Assembly (NCBI GenBank): GCA_963840785.1
Contig: CAWJAF010000003.1
Span: 23,682 to 87,681 of the forward strand
Source: an uncultured Pseudomonadota bacterium
GTDB taxonomy: Bacteria; Pseudomonadota; Gammaproteobacteria; Burkholderiales; JALYOK01
DNA: 64,000 nucleotides
Reading direction: 5' to 3'
The notes under the pieces were generated by a model that was given only the letters and a program-made list of their open reading frames with translations, did not search any database and was not told where the DNA came from. The number at the start of each line of letters is the position of its first letter. The first letter of the stretch is position 1. The position numbers were made by a program, and so were the translations under genes. This document shows positions 56,215-64,000 of this stretch, one piece after another.

Positions 56215-57228
56215 TCATTTTCCCGCACTTGCCTGTTGCATTGCCACAATAGTGTCGCGACCGACAATTTTTTCAAAGTTCGGATAGATCGCTTGAAATG
56301 CTTGTCTCCAAGCTTTGCGTTCGGCATCGGAAAGTACATAAACCTCTGTTTTCTTGTGAGCGCGAATCCCGGCAAGCGCGCGATCGTTTTCCTGCTGCGC
56401 GACCTGGCGTTCATAGGCAGTCGCCTCTTTCATGGCTTGCTCAAGCAGGCTGCGGATGTCAGCCGGTAAACCGTCCCAGAATTTTTTGTTGAAGATGACG
56501 CCATAGCCGATATAACCGTGATCGGAAATAGTGAGATGTTTTTGTACCTCATACATTTTCTGCGTAAAGATATTCGAAAGCGTATTTTCGCCGCCATCAA
56601 CGGTGCCGGTTTGCAGCGCCGTATAGACCTCGCCGAACGCCAGTACCTGCGGGCTCGCGCCGAGTGCGCGCATTTGCGCATCAAGCACTTTCGATGACTG
56701 AATACGTAGCTTCTGACCTTTCAAATCCGCCACGGTTTTGACTGGTTTGTTAGAATGAATTTGCTTGTAGCCATTGTCCCAAAACGCAACGCCGTGGATG
56801 CCTTTGCTTTCGAGTTTAGCGAACAAGCCCGTGCCGACCGGTCCATCCATGACGCGATAAAGCGCGGCTTTGTCCGGAAAAATATACGGCAAATCAAACG
56901 CCTCAAATTCCCGTGTACCCAGCGGCCCAAACTTCGAAAGGGAAGGTGCGAGCATTTGCACCGCGCCAAGCTGCAACGCCTCGATTTCTTCTTTGTCTTT
57001 GTAGAGCTGGCTATTCGGATAGATCTGAACCTGAACACGTCCGTTGCTTAGTTTTTCCGCAAGGGCTTTGAATTTTTGCGCCGCCAGTCCTTTAGGCGTG
57101 TCGGGTGCAACGACGTGGCTGAATTTAATTTTGATCGGCGCCGCCGCATTCACAGCCGTAAGAAACGCAAAAACAAACAACCCGAAAACGCTGCGCAAAA
57201 ACATACGATTCCTTAGGAAATAGGTCAA
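56215..57228 (-). CDS. Orphan TRAP-type (DctP family) periplasmic solute-binding protein
   Basis: Signal peptide. IKIKFSHVVAPDTPKG and DLPYIF are DctP-like. No adjacent DctQM genes. Confidence 0.85.
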   Translation of the reverse strand: MTYFLRNRMFLRSVFGLFVFAFLTAVNAAAPIKIKFSHVVAPDTPKGLAAQKFKALAEKLSNGRVQVQIYPNSQLYKDKEEIEALQLGAVQMLAPSLSKFGPLGTREFEAFDLPYIFPDKAALYRVMDGPVGTGLFAKLESKGIHGVAFWDNGYKQIHSNKPVKTVADLKGQKLRIQSSKVLDAQMRALGASPQVLAFGEVYTALQTGTVDGGENTLSNIFTQKMYEVQKHLTISDHGYIGYGVIFNKKFWDGLPADIRSLLEQAMKEATAYERQVAQQENDRALAGIRAHKKTEVYVLSDAERKAWRQAFQAIYPNFEKIVGRDTIVAMQQASAGK

Positions 57229-57259
57229 ATTATACGCGAGGCAAATGCCGCGATTCCCG

Positions 57260-59884
57260 TCAAATCGGCGCGACGACTACGCGTTTACGTCCGGACTTTT
57301 TCGCTGTGTAAAGTGCCTTATCTGCCGCTTTCAGCGCATCTTGCCAAGTCGAACCATGCAATGGATAGCATGAAACACCAAGTGAAACACTCAAACTGCC
57401 GATAACTTGACCGCCCCATTGCACCGTCATCGATGCGATCAGCTGTCGCAATTCTTCGGCACGCACGCGACTGGCTTCCAGATTCGCGCCAGGCAAAATA
57501 ATCGTGAACTCCTCACCACCATATCGGCACGGAATATCTTCGTCACGCACGTGCTCAAGTATCAGGTTGCCGACTTGGCGCAACACGGCGTCACCCATAT
57601 CGTGGCCATAGGTATCGTTGACGCGCTTGAAGTGATCGAGGTCGAACATGATTATGCCAAGCTGAGTGCCATCGCGCGCGACACGTGCCACTTCACGGGA
57701 AATGGACTCTTCGAGATAGCGCCGATTAAACAGCCCTGTCAGACTATCGCGAACCGATTGATGACGCAAAGTCTGCTGCAAACGGAAGTTGCCTAACGCT
57801 AAACCCAAATATTCCGACACGGTATGGATTAACGGCAGCTTCGCCTCCAACAGATCACCGCTAGCGGCAGTCATCGCCCGAAGATGAATAAACCCGAGTG
57901 TTTCGCCGTGGGAATTCAGTGGCACACAAACATAGCTTTGAACGCCTTCCGCCGTCACGTGAGAACAGCCGACATCTTCCTCGCGACGGGTCGTAAAATG
58001 TAATTTGGACAACTTCAAGGCCCAGCAATCGTCGGGCCGGAACACCGTCTCGGCTTGATCGAATCGTCCCCAAGTGATACTCGCCTCGACCAAATCGCGC
58101 GACGAGCGCACGACGTAAAGTGCACCCGCCTTCGCACTGAACAATTGTTGCATCGCGTGAGAAATTATTTTGTTGTACTCCTCGATCGTACTCGCCGCCT
58201 GCAGCAACTCGCTCATCTCGTGCAACAACGCCATTTCCCTCGTTTGTTGCCGCAGTTTCTCCAGCGAAACCTGCAATTCGCGGTTCGATGCCTTCAATTG
58301 TTGCTGCGTTTCCTCATGGCGGGCAATTTCGCTGGTTAAATCCGCCGTACGTTCAAGTACGCGCCGCTCCAATTCGGCATTGAGTTGCTTAACTTCAAGT
58401 TCGGCCTGTTTGCGTGCTGTCACATTTGAAATCGACCCAACGATCCGAATGACTTTTCCGTGTTCGTTACGCACGGACTTGCCGCGCCGTGATATCCAGT
58501 GATAACTTCCATCCTTTGCTCGCAAGCGAAACTCATCCGCCAATGGATGATCGAACTTGACGTGACGATTCAGCGCATCAATCGTTCGTGAACGATCCTC
58601 CGGATGCAGCAACGCTTCGAAGGCGCCGCGTTCGTTCGGCAGATCCGCATTGGTATAACCAAGCAGGCCTTTAACTTTTGGCGATCCTGTAATCGTGTTT
58701 TTTTCTAGGTTGATCTCCCAAAGTCCATCGGTAGTCGCATCCAGTGCCAGATCGTAACGCGCTTCGCTTTCGCGCAACTTGTCGGTGCTTTGCTGTAGAG
58801 TTGCAGCCATTTGATTAAAGTCCGACGCCAGGCGTGCAACTTCGCCGGTTGTTTTGACTGTCGTACGGTGCGATAAATCGCCCCGTGAAAAACGCCGCAC
58901 GTCCGCACTTAATTGTTGGATGGGCGCAGCAATCCGGCGCGATATCCAGGCCGCCAACGCCAATGCTGCTAAGCCTGTCAATGCGGCGAACCACCAAAGT
59001 TGCCGCAACGATTCACGCGCCGGCGCGAGTGCAGTTTCGGTCGGAATGCCGACGTAGACCAACCATGGCGCATTCGAGGTTTTGGTAAAACTAATTAATC
59101 GACTTATACCATCCGCCGAGGCCCCTTCTAATTGTCCTTGTTTTTCTCGAAACATCGTCTGAATCAACGGCTGATTCAAAAGGTTTCGCGCGACCCATTT
59201 GCTCGGATCGAGGGATCGAGCAATCACCACACCGTTCTCATCTAACAGCGTTACTTCCGAGTTTGGCGGAATCTGCTCGTTTAACAGAAATGCTTGAAAA
59301 TTCTCGACCAGAATTGAAAGCGTCACCACGCACCTCATGACACCATTTTGATCCAGTACGGGACGCGCAAGGGCCAAGCTCATTTTTCCGGAAAGGCGAG
59401 AAATCACCGGCTCGCCAAAACCCAATGAGCGCTTGCTTATTGCTTCTTTAAAGTATTTTCGATCGGCAACGGAATAGGTCGTCGTCGTTACGCCAGGTTC
59501 GCCCACAACGTGTTTTACATCGCCGTTTACCGAGACAATCTGCAGCGCACTGATGTGGGCGGGTAACTTGGCTTTAAGCTCCCGGAGCTTGGTATTGATA
59601 TCATTGCTTGATTGCGGCCCAACCGCGACCATCACACCAATCGCATCCAAAAGCTGAGCAGCGCCTTCGATGAAATGATCCAATCGAGCACCTGTCATAC
59701 GCGCCTGCTCAGCCGCGCGATTCAGCGATTCGGCTCGATAGTGTGCCGACAGATCCTCGACACTCAAGAACGAAAACGTTGCGAACGGCGCAAGCGAAAC
59801 CAATGCCAATAGCAACAATTGACCGCGAAAGCTACGCAGGAATCTCGGTAAAAATGACAATTTCGATGAAGTCGCAAGTCTCAT
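57260..59884 (-). CDS. Cache-HAMP-PAS-GAF-GGDEF sensor diguanylate cyclase
   Basis: Two TM segments flank a Cache-like periplasmic domain. HAMP. PAS. Coiled coil. GAF-like region. HVRDEDIPCRYGGEEFTIIL carries an RxxD I-site plus GGEEF. Confidence 0.9.
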   Translation of the reverse strand: MRLATSSKLSFLPRFLRSFRGQLLLLALVSLAPFATFSFLSVEDLSAHYRAESLNRAAEQARMTGARLDHFIEGAAQLLDAIGVMVAVGPQSSNDINTKLRELKAKLPAHISALQIVSVNGDVKHVVGEPGVTTTTYSVADRKYFKEAISKRSLGFGEPVISRLSGKMSLALARPVLDQNGVMRCVVTLSILVENFQAFLLNEQIPPNSEVTLLDENGVVIARSLDPSKWVARNLLNQPLIQTMFREKQGQLEGASADGISRLISFTKTSNAPWLVYVGIPTETALAPARESLRQLWWFAALTGLAALALAAWISRRIAAPIQQLSADVRRFSRGDLSHRTTVKTTGEVARLASDFNQMAATLQQSTDKLRESEARYDLALDATTDGLWEINLEKNTITGSPKVKGLLGYTNADLPNERGAFEALLHPEDRSRTIDALNRHVKFDHPLADEFRLRAKDGSYHWISRRGKSVRNEHGKVIRIVGSISNVTARKQAELEVKQLNAELERRVLERTADLTSEIARHEETQQQLKASNRELQVSLEKLRQQTREMALLHEMSELLQAASTIEEYNKIISHAMQQLFSAKAGALYVVRSSRDLVEASITWGRFDQAETVFRPDDCWALKLSKLHFTTRREEDVGCSHVTAEGVQSYVCVPLNSHGETLGFIHLRAMTAASGDLLEAKLPLIHTVSEYLGLALGNFRLQQTLRHQSVRDSLTGLFNRRYLEESISREVARVARDGTQLGIIMFDLDHFKRVNDTYGHDMGDAVLRQVGNLILEHVRDEDIPCRYGGEEFTIILPGANLEASRVRAEELRQLIASMTVQWGGQVIGSLSVSLGVSCYPLHGSTWQDALKAADKALYTAKKSGRKRVVVAPI

Positions 59885-60192
59885 GTTTTGCCTTCAGGAA
59901 GTCGAACAAACATGAAAATTTGCATCGTCGCTCAGTCCCTTAATTTTCGTGTCGGCAACTTGCACTGTATGAATGATGGGAAGTATCAACTTGAAACGCC
60001 GATGTTACCCTAGCAGAGGTTAAGACTGAAAACAAGCCTTCGTATTAGACAAAACGACCGCCTGACTTGGCTAGCAGGTGTTTTTTCCGTAGACTCACTG
60101 GTTTGGTTTTGACACTTAAAATTTCTGGTAAGCCGGTCGCGCACCGAACGGTGCGAAGAAATAGATTCCACTTTGATACGGAGATATAACCT

Positions 60193-61473
60193 ATGCAATA
60201 CCTTGCTCTGACGACGCGGCTGTTAACCCCTTTCCTCGCATTTGCGCTCGCCACGCCCGCCCTCGCCGTCGACTCGATAAAGATCGGCATTGTCACATTC
60301 TTATCGGGCCCTGCGGCTGGCCCATTTGGTGTCCCGGCGAAAAGTTCAGCCGAAATGATGGTCGAGGCAATTAACGCAGGCAAAGTGCCCGGCCCGTACG
60401 CCAAAAAAGGATTCGGTGGCAAACCGATCGAGATCGTCGTGATCGACGAAGCCGGCGGCACTACCAAGCAAGTCGAAGAGTATCGCAATCTGGTGCAGCG
60501 CCAGAACGTCGACATGGTGATCGGCTATGTCTCGAGCGGCGATTGTCTGGCTGTCGCGCCGGTCGCCGAGGAATTGAAAAAATTTACGATCCTGTTCGAT
60601 TGCGGCTCGCCGCGTGTGTTTGAAGAAGCGAGTTACAAATATGTGTTCCGCACGGGCGCCCATGGTGCGATGGATAACATCGGTGCTGCGCTCTACATTA
60701 GCGAAAAAATTCCAGGCATTAAAAACTACGCCGGCATCAATCAAAACTACGCGTGGGGACAAGATTCCTGGGCCGATTGGGATGCCTCAATGAAAGCATT
60801 AAACCCAAACATCCAAGTCACAACCTCGCAAATGCCGAAGATCGGCGCTGGACAATACGGTGCAGAAATTTCGGCGCTGTTATCGAGCAATTCCGAAGTG
60901 ATTCACTCGAGCTTTTGGGGCGGCGATTTAGAGTCGTTCATCCTACAAGCCGGCCCGCGTGACCTATTCAAGAAAAGCATTCCGGTCTTCACCGCCGGCG
61001 AGCATGTGTTGAATCGCATCCCGGCACAAATGCCGGACGGTGCGATCATCGGCGCGCGCGGTACTCACGGGCCGTTCGCTCCTGATACGGAGTTGAATCG
61101 CTGGTTCAGAAAAGCATATTCGGACAAGTTTTTGCTGCAACCGATTCAAGCGTCTTACAAAATGGCGCAAGCATTGCTCGGCGTAAAAAGCGCCTATGAG
61201 AAAGCTCAAACAGCCGCTGGTGGTAAAGAGCCGAACCAAGATCAACTCATCGTGGCACTGGAAAATCATTCGTGGGAAGGCCCGAGCGGTAAAGTGACCA
61301 TGAATCTTGGCAAGGGCCATCAAGCCACCCAAGGTATTGCGTTCGGCCGCGTGAAAAAGGTAAACGGCAAAGTGACCTTGGTCGATATCAAAAATTATTC
61401 CGCGGAGAAAGTGAATCCGCCGGAAGGCGTGAAGAGCGTTGATTGGATTAAGTCGGGATTTAAGGCGAAGTAA
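60193..61473 (+). CDS. ABC transporter periplasmic binding protein, Leu/Ile/Val (LivK/amide-urea) type
   Basis: Signal peptide ends ALA/VD. IKIGIVTFLSGPAAGPFG is typical of the Peripla_BP_6 class. Confidence 0.85.
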   Translation: MQYLALTTRLLTPFLAFALATPALAVDSIKIGIVTFLSGPAAGPFGVPAKSSAEMMVEAINAGKVPGPYAKKGFGGKPIEIVVIDEAGGTTKQVEEYRNLVQRQNVDMVIGYVSSGDCLAVAPVAEELKKFTILFDCGSPRVFEEASYKYVFRTGAHGAMDNIGAALYISEKIPGIKNYAGINQNYAWGQDSWADWDASMKALNPNIQVTTSQMPKIGAGQYGAEISALLSSNSEVIHSSFWGGDLESFILQAGPRDLFKKSIPVFTAGEHVLNRIPAQMPDGAIIGARGTHGPFAPDTELNRWFRKAYSDKFLLQPIQASYKMAQALLGVKSAYEKAQTAAGGKEPNQDQLIVALENHSWEGPSGKVTMNLGKGHQATQGIAFGRVKKVNGKVTLVDIKNYSAEKVNPPEGVKSVDWIKSGFKAK

Positions 61474-61548
61474 GAGTGAAAGGTGATCGGTGACGGGTAA
61501 AAACGTGCTGTTCGCTTTTCGTTATCCTTCCGGTTGACTTCCTAATTC

Positions 61549-61625
61549 GTCATTCCCGCGAAGTCGGGGAATCCAGCGTCTTTCAATCAAATGACAATGG
61601 ATCCCCGCCTTTTAGGGGACGACGG
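61549..61625. repeat. Pair of REP-like GC-rich hairpins in the ABC operon intergenic spacer
   Basis: GTCATTCCCGCGAAGTCGGGGAATCCAG and GGATCCCCGCCTTTTAGGGGACGACGG are imperfect hairpins of the 'cattcccgcg...gggaatcc' class. Confidence 0.35.
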
Positions 61626-61652
61626 AGAAAACGCCTATTCGCTTAAAATCCT

Positions 61653-62549
61653 ATGAGCTCTCTCGCCAGCGTCTTTATTGACGGCATCATTTATTCCTCG
61701 TGGCTATTCATCATGGCCGCGGGCCTCACGCTGATTTACGGCGTGATGAAAATCCTCAACATGACCCACGGCAGCCTCTATGCTTTGGGCGCATACACGG
61801 CAGCGTCATTCGTCGGCTATTGGTTAAACCATGGCTATCCGCCGCTCGCGACGTACGGCATGTTGCTGATTGCGGCAATCGTCGTCGGCGTAGTCGTTGG
61901 GCCGCTGATCGAGCGCGGCATCTTGCGTTTCATGTACGGCAAGCACGAAGTAATTTTGCTATTGGTCACCTACGCGCTATTTTTGATTCTCGAAGATACC
62001 GTCAAATTGATTTGGGGAGTAGATTCCTATGCCGTCGCCGATCCCTACATCTTGCTTGGCAATTTCGAAATATTCGGCTTGAGTTATCCGATGTACAACG
62101 TACTGCTGCTCGGCGTCGCGGTGCTCGTCGGCGTCGGCTTAACCTGGCTCATCACACGAACCATCACCGGCAAACTCCTCACCGCGGTTATTCACGATCG
62201 CGAAATGGCAGCGTCGGTCGGCATTAACGTCGAACGTTTCTATACGTTAACCTTTACGCTTGGCGCGGTACTTGCCGCGCTAGGTGGCGCGTTCACCGCG
62301 CCAACGGTATCAATTGTGCCCGGCATGGGCGTTGAAGTCATTGTGCTGGCCTTCGCTGTGATTGTGATCGGCGGCCTGGGAAGCTTGCCTGGCGCGGCTC
62401 TTGGAGCATTGCTGGTCGGTATAGTGCGCTCGGCATCGGTGCATTACTGGCCGGAAGTAGAACTTTTCAGCATTTACTTTGTCATGGCGCTGGTGTTGAT
62501 CTTGAAACCAAAAGGTTTGTTCAGCGCGCCCGAAGCGAGAAAAATATGA
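61653..62549 (+). CDS. livH: Branched-chain amino acid-type ABC permease (LivH family)
   Basis: 298 aa, 8-TM LivH-like. Start/stop overlap with the next gene. Confidence 0.85.
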   Translation: MSSLASVFIDGIIYSSWLFIMAAGLTLIYGVMKILNMTHGSLYALGAYTAASFVGYWLNHGYPPLATYGMLLIAAIVVGVVVGPLIERGILRFMYGKHEVILLLVTYALFLILEDTVKLIWGVDSYAVADPYILLGNFEIFGLSYPMYNVLLLGVAVLVGVGLTWLITRTITGKLLTAVIHDREMAASVGINVERFYTLTFTLGAVLAALGGAFTAPTVSIVPGMGVEVIVLAFAVIVIGGLGSLPGAALGALLVGIVRSASVHYWPEVELFSIYFVMALVLILKPKGLFSAPEARKI

Positions 62550-63481
62550 ATAGCCGTTCGATGTTAATTTTCAGCGCGATCCTCGTTGCGCTCGTCGCAT
62601 TCGGCGGCGCGCTGCCCGATTGGGCAACGTTTCACATCACGCGCTCGCTAGGATTGGGACTGGTCGTCTTGGGCTTAATGCTAATGCTGCGCGCCGGCTT
62701 AGTGTCGTTCGGGCAAGCGCTGTATTACTGCCTCGGTGCGTATACCGCCGGAACATTGATGCATTTTTATCAAATCAAAGAAGCGTTAATTTTGATTCCA
62801 GCCGGCATGCTAACCGCCGCACTGCTGTCAGCAGTACTCGGGATATTGCTGGCAAATTACCGCGGCATCTTCTTCGGCTTATTGAGCCTCGCCTTTTCGA
62901 TGATTCTTTACGGTTTGATCGTAAAGAGTTCCAGCCTCGGGTCGACCGATGGCTTCACGTTGACGTCGCCGACTTTTTTCGGCATGGCGCTGGGCGAATC
63001 GTCCCGTTATGCGGTGTTCATCACTGCTTGCGTGTTGACGTTGATTTCTGTGTGGGGATTGGAACGTTACCTGCGCACGCCGCTAGGCAAGCTCGCGCCG
63101 GCGATTCGCGATAACGAGATCCGCGTCGAGTATCTCGGCCAATCGGTACGCAATGCGATCCACATCAAATACGTAATAAGTGCCGCGCTGGCGGGCCTCG
63201 GCGGCGCGCTCACCGCGCTAACCGTCGGCCACATCGATCCGGAAATGGCCTATTGGACTACCTCCGGCGAATTGGTTTTCATTCTGATTTTGAGCGGTTC
63301 GCAAAGCGTTATCGCGCCATTCCTCGGCGCGCTGTTGTTCGAATCGCTACGCACCTACGCCTATCAAGAATTCCCCTATGTATGGCAAATGGTGCTGGGC
63401 ATCTCAATGCTACTGGTGATCAGTTTTCTGCCCGACGGTATTTGGTCACTGTTCAAATCCCGCAAAGCAAAATCCGCATGA
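62546..63481 (+). CDS. livM: Branched-chain amino acid-type ABC permease (LivM family)
   Basis: 311 aa polytopic protein. ATGA overlaps on both sides. Confidence 0.85.
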   Translation: MNSRSMLIFSAILVALVAFGGALPDWATFHITRSLGLGLVVLGLMLMLRAGLVSFGQALYYCLGAYTAGTLMHFYQIKEALILIPAGMLTAALLSAVLGILLANYRGIFFGLLSLAFSMILYGLIVKSSSLGSTDGFTLTSPTFFGMALGESSRYAVFITACVLTLISVWGLERYLRTPLGKLAPAIRDNEIRVEYLGQSVRNAIHIKYVISAALAGLGGALTALTVGHIDPEMAYWTTSGELVFILILSGSQSVIAPFLGALLFESLRTYAYQEFPYVWQMVLGISMLLVISFLPDGIWSLFKSRKAKSA

Positions 63482-64000
63482 GTACCATTCTCGAAGCGCG
63501 CGGGCTGATGAAAACCTTTGGCGCGGTAACCGCTGCGAACGATATTTCCGCCAGCATCAATGAGCACAGCATCACTGGTTTGATCGGTACGAATGGTGCA
63601 GGCAAAACAACATTCGTAAACATGGTGACAGGGTATTTGAAACCGTCGGGCGGCAGCATTCATTTCGCCGGCCGCGACATCACAGCCGCTGGCGCCAAGG
63701 CAAATCACGCGCCTTGGCATCGCGCGCTCGTTTCAGATTCCCCAACTGTACGACACGCTCACGGTGCGAGAAAATTTAATCGTTGCACTTGGCATTGTGT
63801 TGCGCAATGCCAAGCTGTCATTTTTTTCTAATTTGCCCGCACAGGTTCCTGGTCACAACGCGACGATCGATACCGTTGCCAACAACCTGATGTCCCAATT
63901 CAATCTATTGGCTATGACGATCGCGTCGCGCGCGTGTTGCCGCAAGGCGTGCGTAAACAACTCGACATCGCCATGGCGATGGCCGGCAAACCGCAAGTGT
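63478..64000 (+). pseudogene. livG: LivG-type ABC ATPase, two frame changes, runs off the right edge
   Basis: Frame 1: MSTILEARGLMKTFGAVTAANDISASINEHSITGLIGTNGAGKTTFVNMVTG...DITAAGAK. Frame 2 from ~63701: QITRLGIARSFQIPQLYDTLTVRENLIVALG. Frame 1 again from ~63913: YDDRVARVLPQGVRKQLDIAMAMAGKPQV. Confidence 0.75.

Noticed and set aside
60058-60090. Hairpin plus T-run in the leader of the ABC importer as a riboswitch or attenuator terminator
   Set aside because: Only about 4 bp of convincing stem (CCTG/CAGG) precedes the TTTTTT run, which is too weak to call. The nearby CGCACC-GAAC-GGTGCG hairpin (60137-60152) has no T-tract.

Overview
Gene-dense 64-kb chromosomal window from a Gram-negative, proteobacterium-like genome. 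I saw no rRNA, tRNA, transposase or integrase.

Left to right:
- The tail of a polysaccharide-modification locus (CelD-like GNAT, DegT-like aminotransferase).
- A translationally coupled module: PAS histidine kinase, CheY-like receiver, REC-PAS-GGDEF-EAL.
- A DsrE-like protein and a quinone oxidoreductase.
- The conserved prkA-yeaH-spoVR triad.
- A BrnT/BrnA toxin-antitoxin pair with a nonsense codon in the toxin.

First standout: a sequence-divergent copper membrane monooxygenase operon in C-A-B order (pmoCAB/amoCAB-like). It is followed by a PmoD-like anchored periplasmic protein, a lipoprotein esterase, CopC, a CopD-cytochrome c fusion and a small periplasmic protein. A TetR-controlled RND(MMPL) / LolA-like / outer-membrane-barrel module sits directly beside it.

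Next comes a 4.4-kb patchwork: a GT-C/TPR membrane protein with a Cys-rich secreted protein, a solitary type I-E-like CRISPR repeat, a ParE-type TA pair with a nonsense codon, and a truncated Cas4-like nuclease. It is bracketed by the 3' end of the barrel gene and a diverged relic copy of that same 3' end.

Then a Tat-DctP TRAP transporter, a 2-hydroxyacid dehydrogenase pseudogene with four frame changes, and a tartronate-semialdehyde-reductase-like gene.

Second standout: one minus-strand gene string, trxB-dsbD-DUF3570-DUF4266-tlpA plus two giant secreted proteins. Each giant protein has an N-terminal cytochrome c-like module with an atypical CX4CH motif, 4 or 9 two-cysteine Ig-like repeats, and a Gly-Gly-Cys/TM/Arg C-terminal tail. 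This string faces a divergent unit encoding a DUF5666-repeat lipoprotein and an ApbE homologue.

The right end carries an MFS transporter, an MCP, an acyl-CoA dehydrogenase, an orphan DctP, a Cache-HAMP-PAS-GAF-GGDEF protein and a Liv-type ABC importer.

At least 11 frame-disrupting indels and 2 in-frame TAA codons are visible. Assembly error versus real gene decay must be resolved before the pseudogene calls are trusted.

All family assignments come from reading motifs and from memory. No searches were run.
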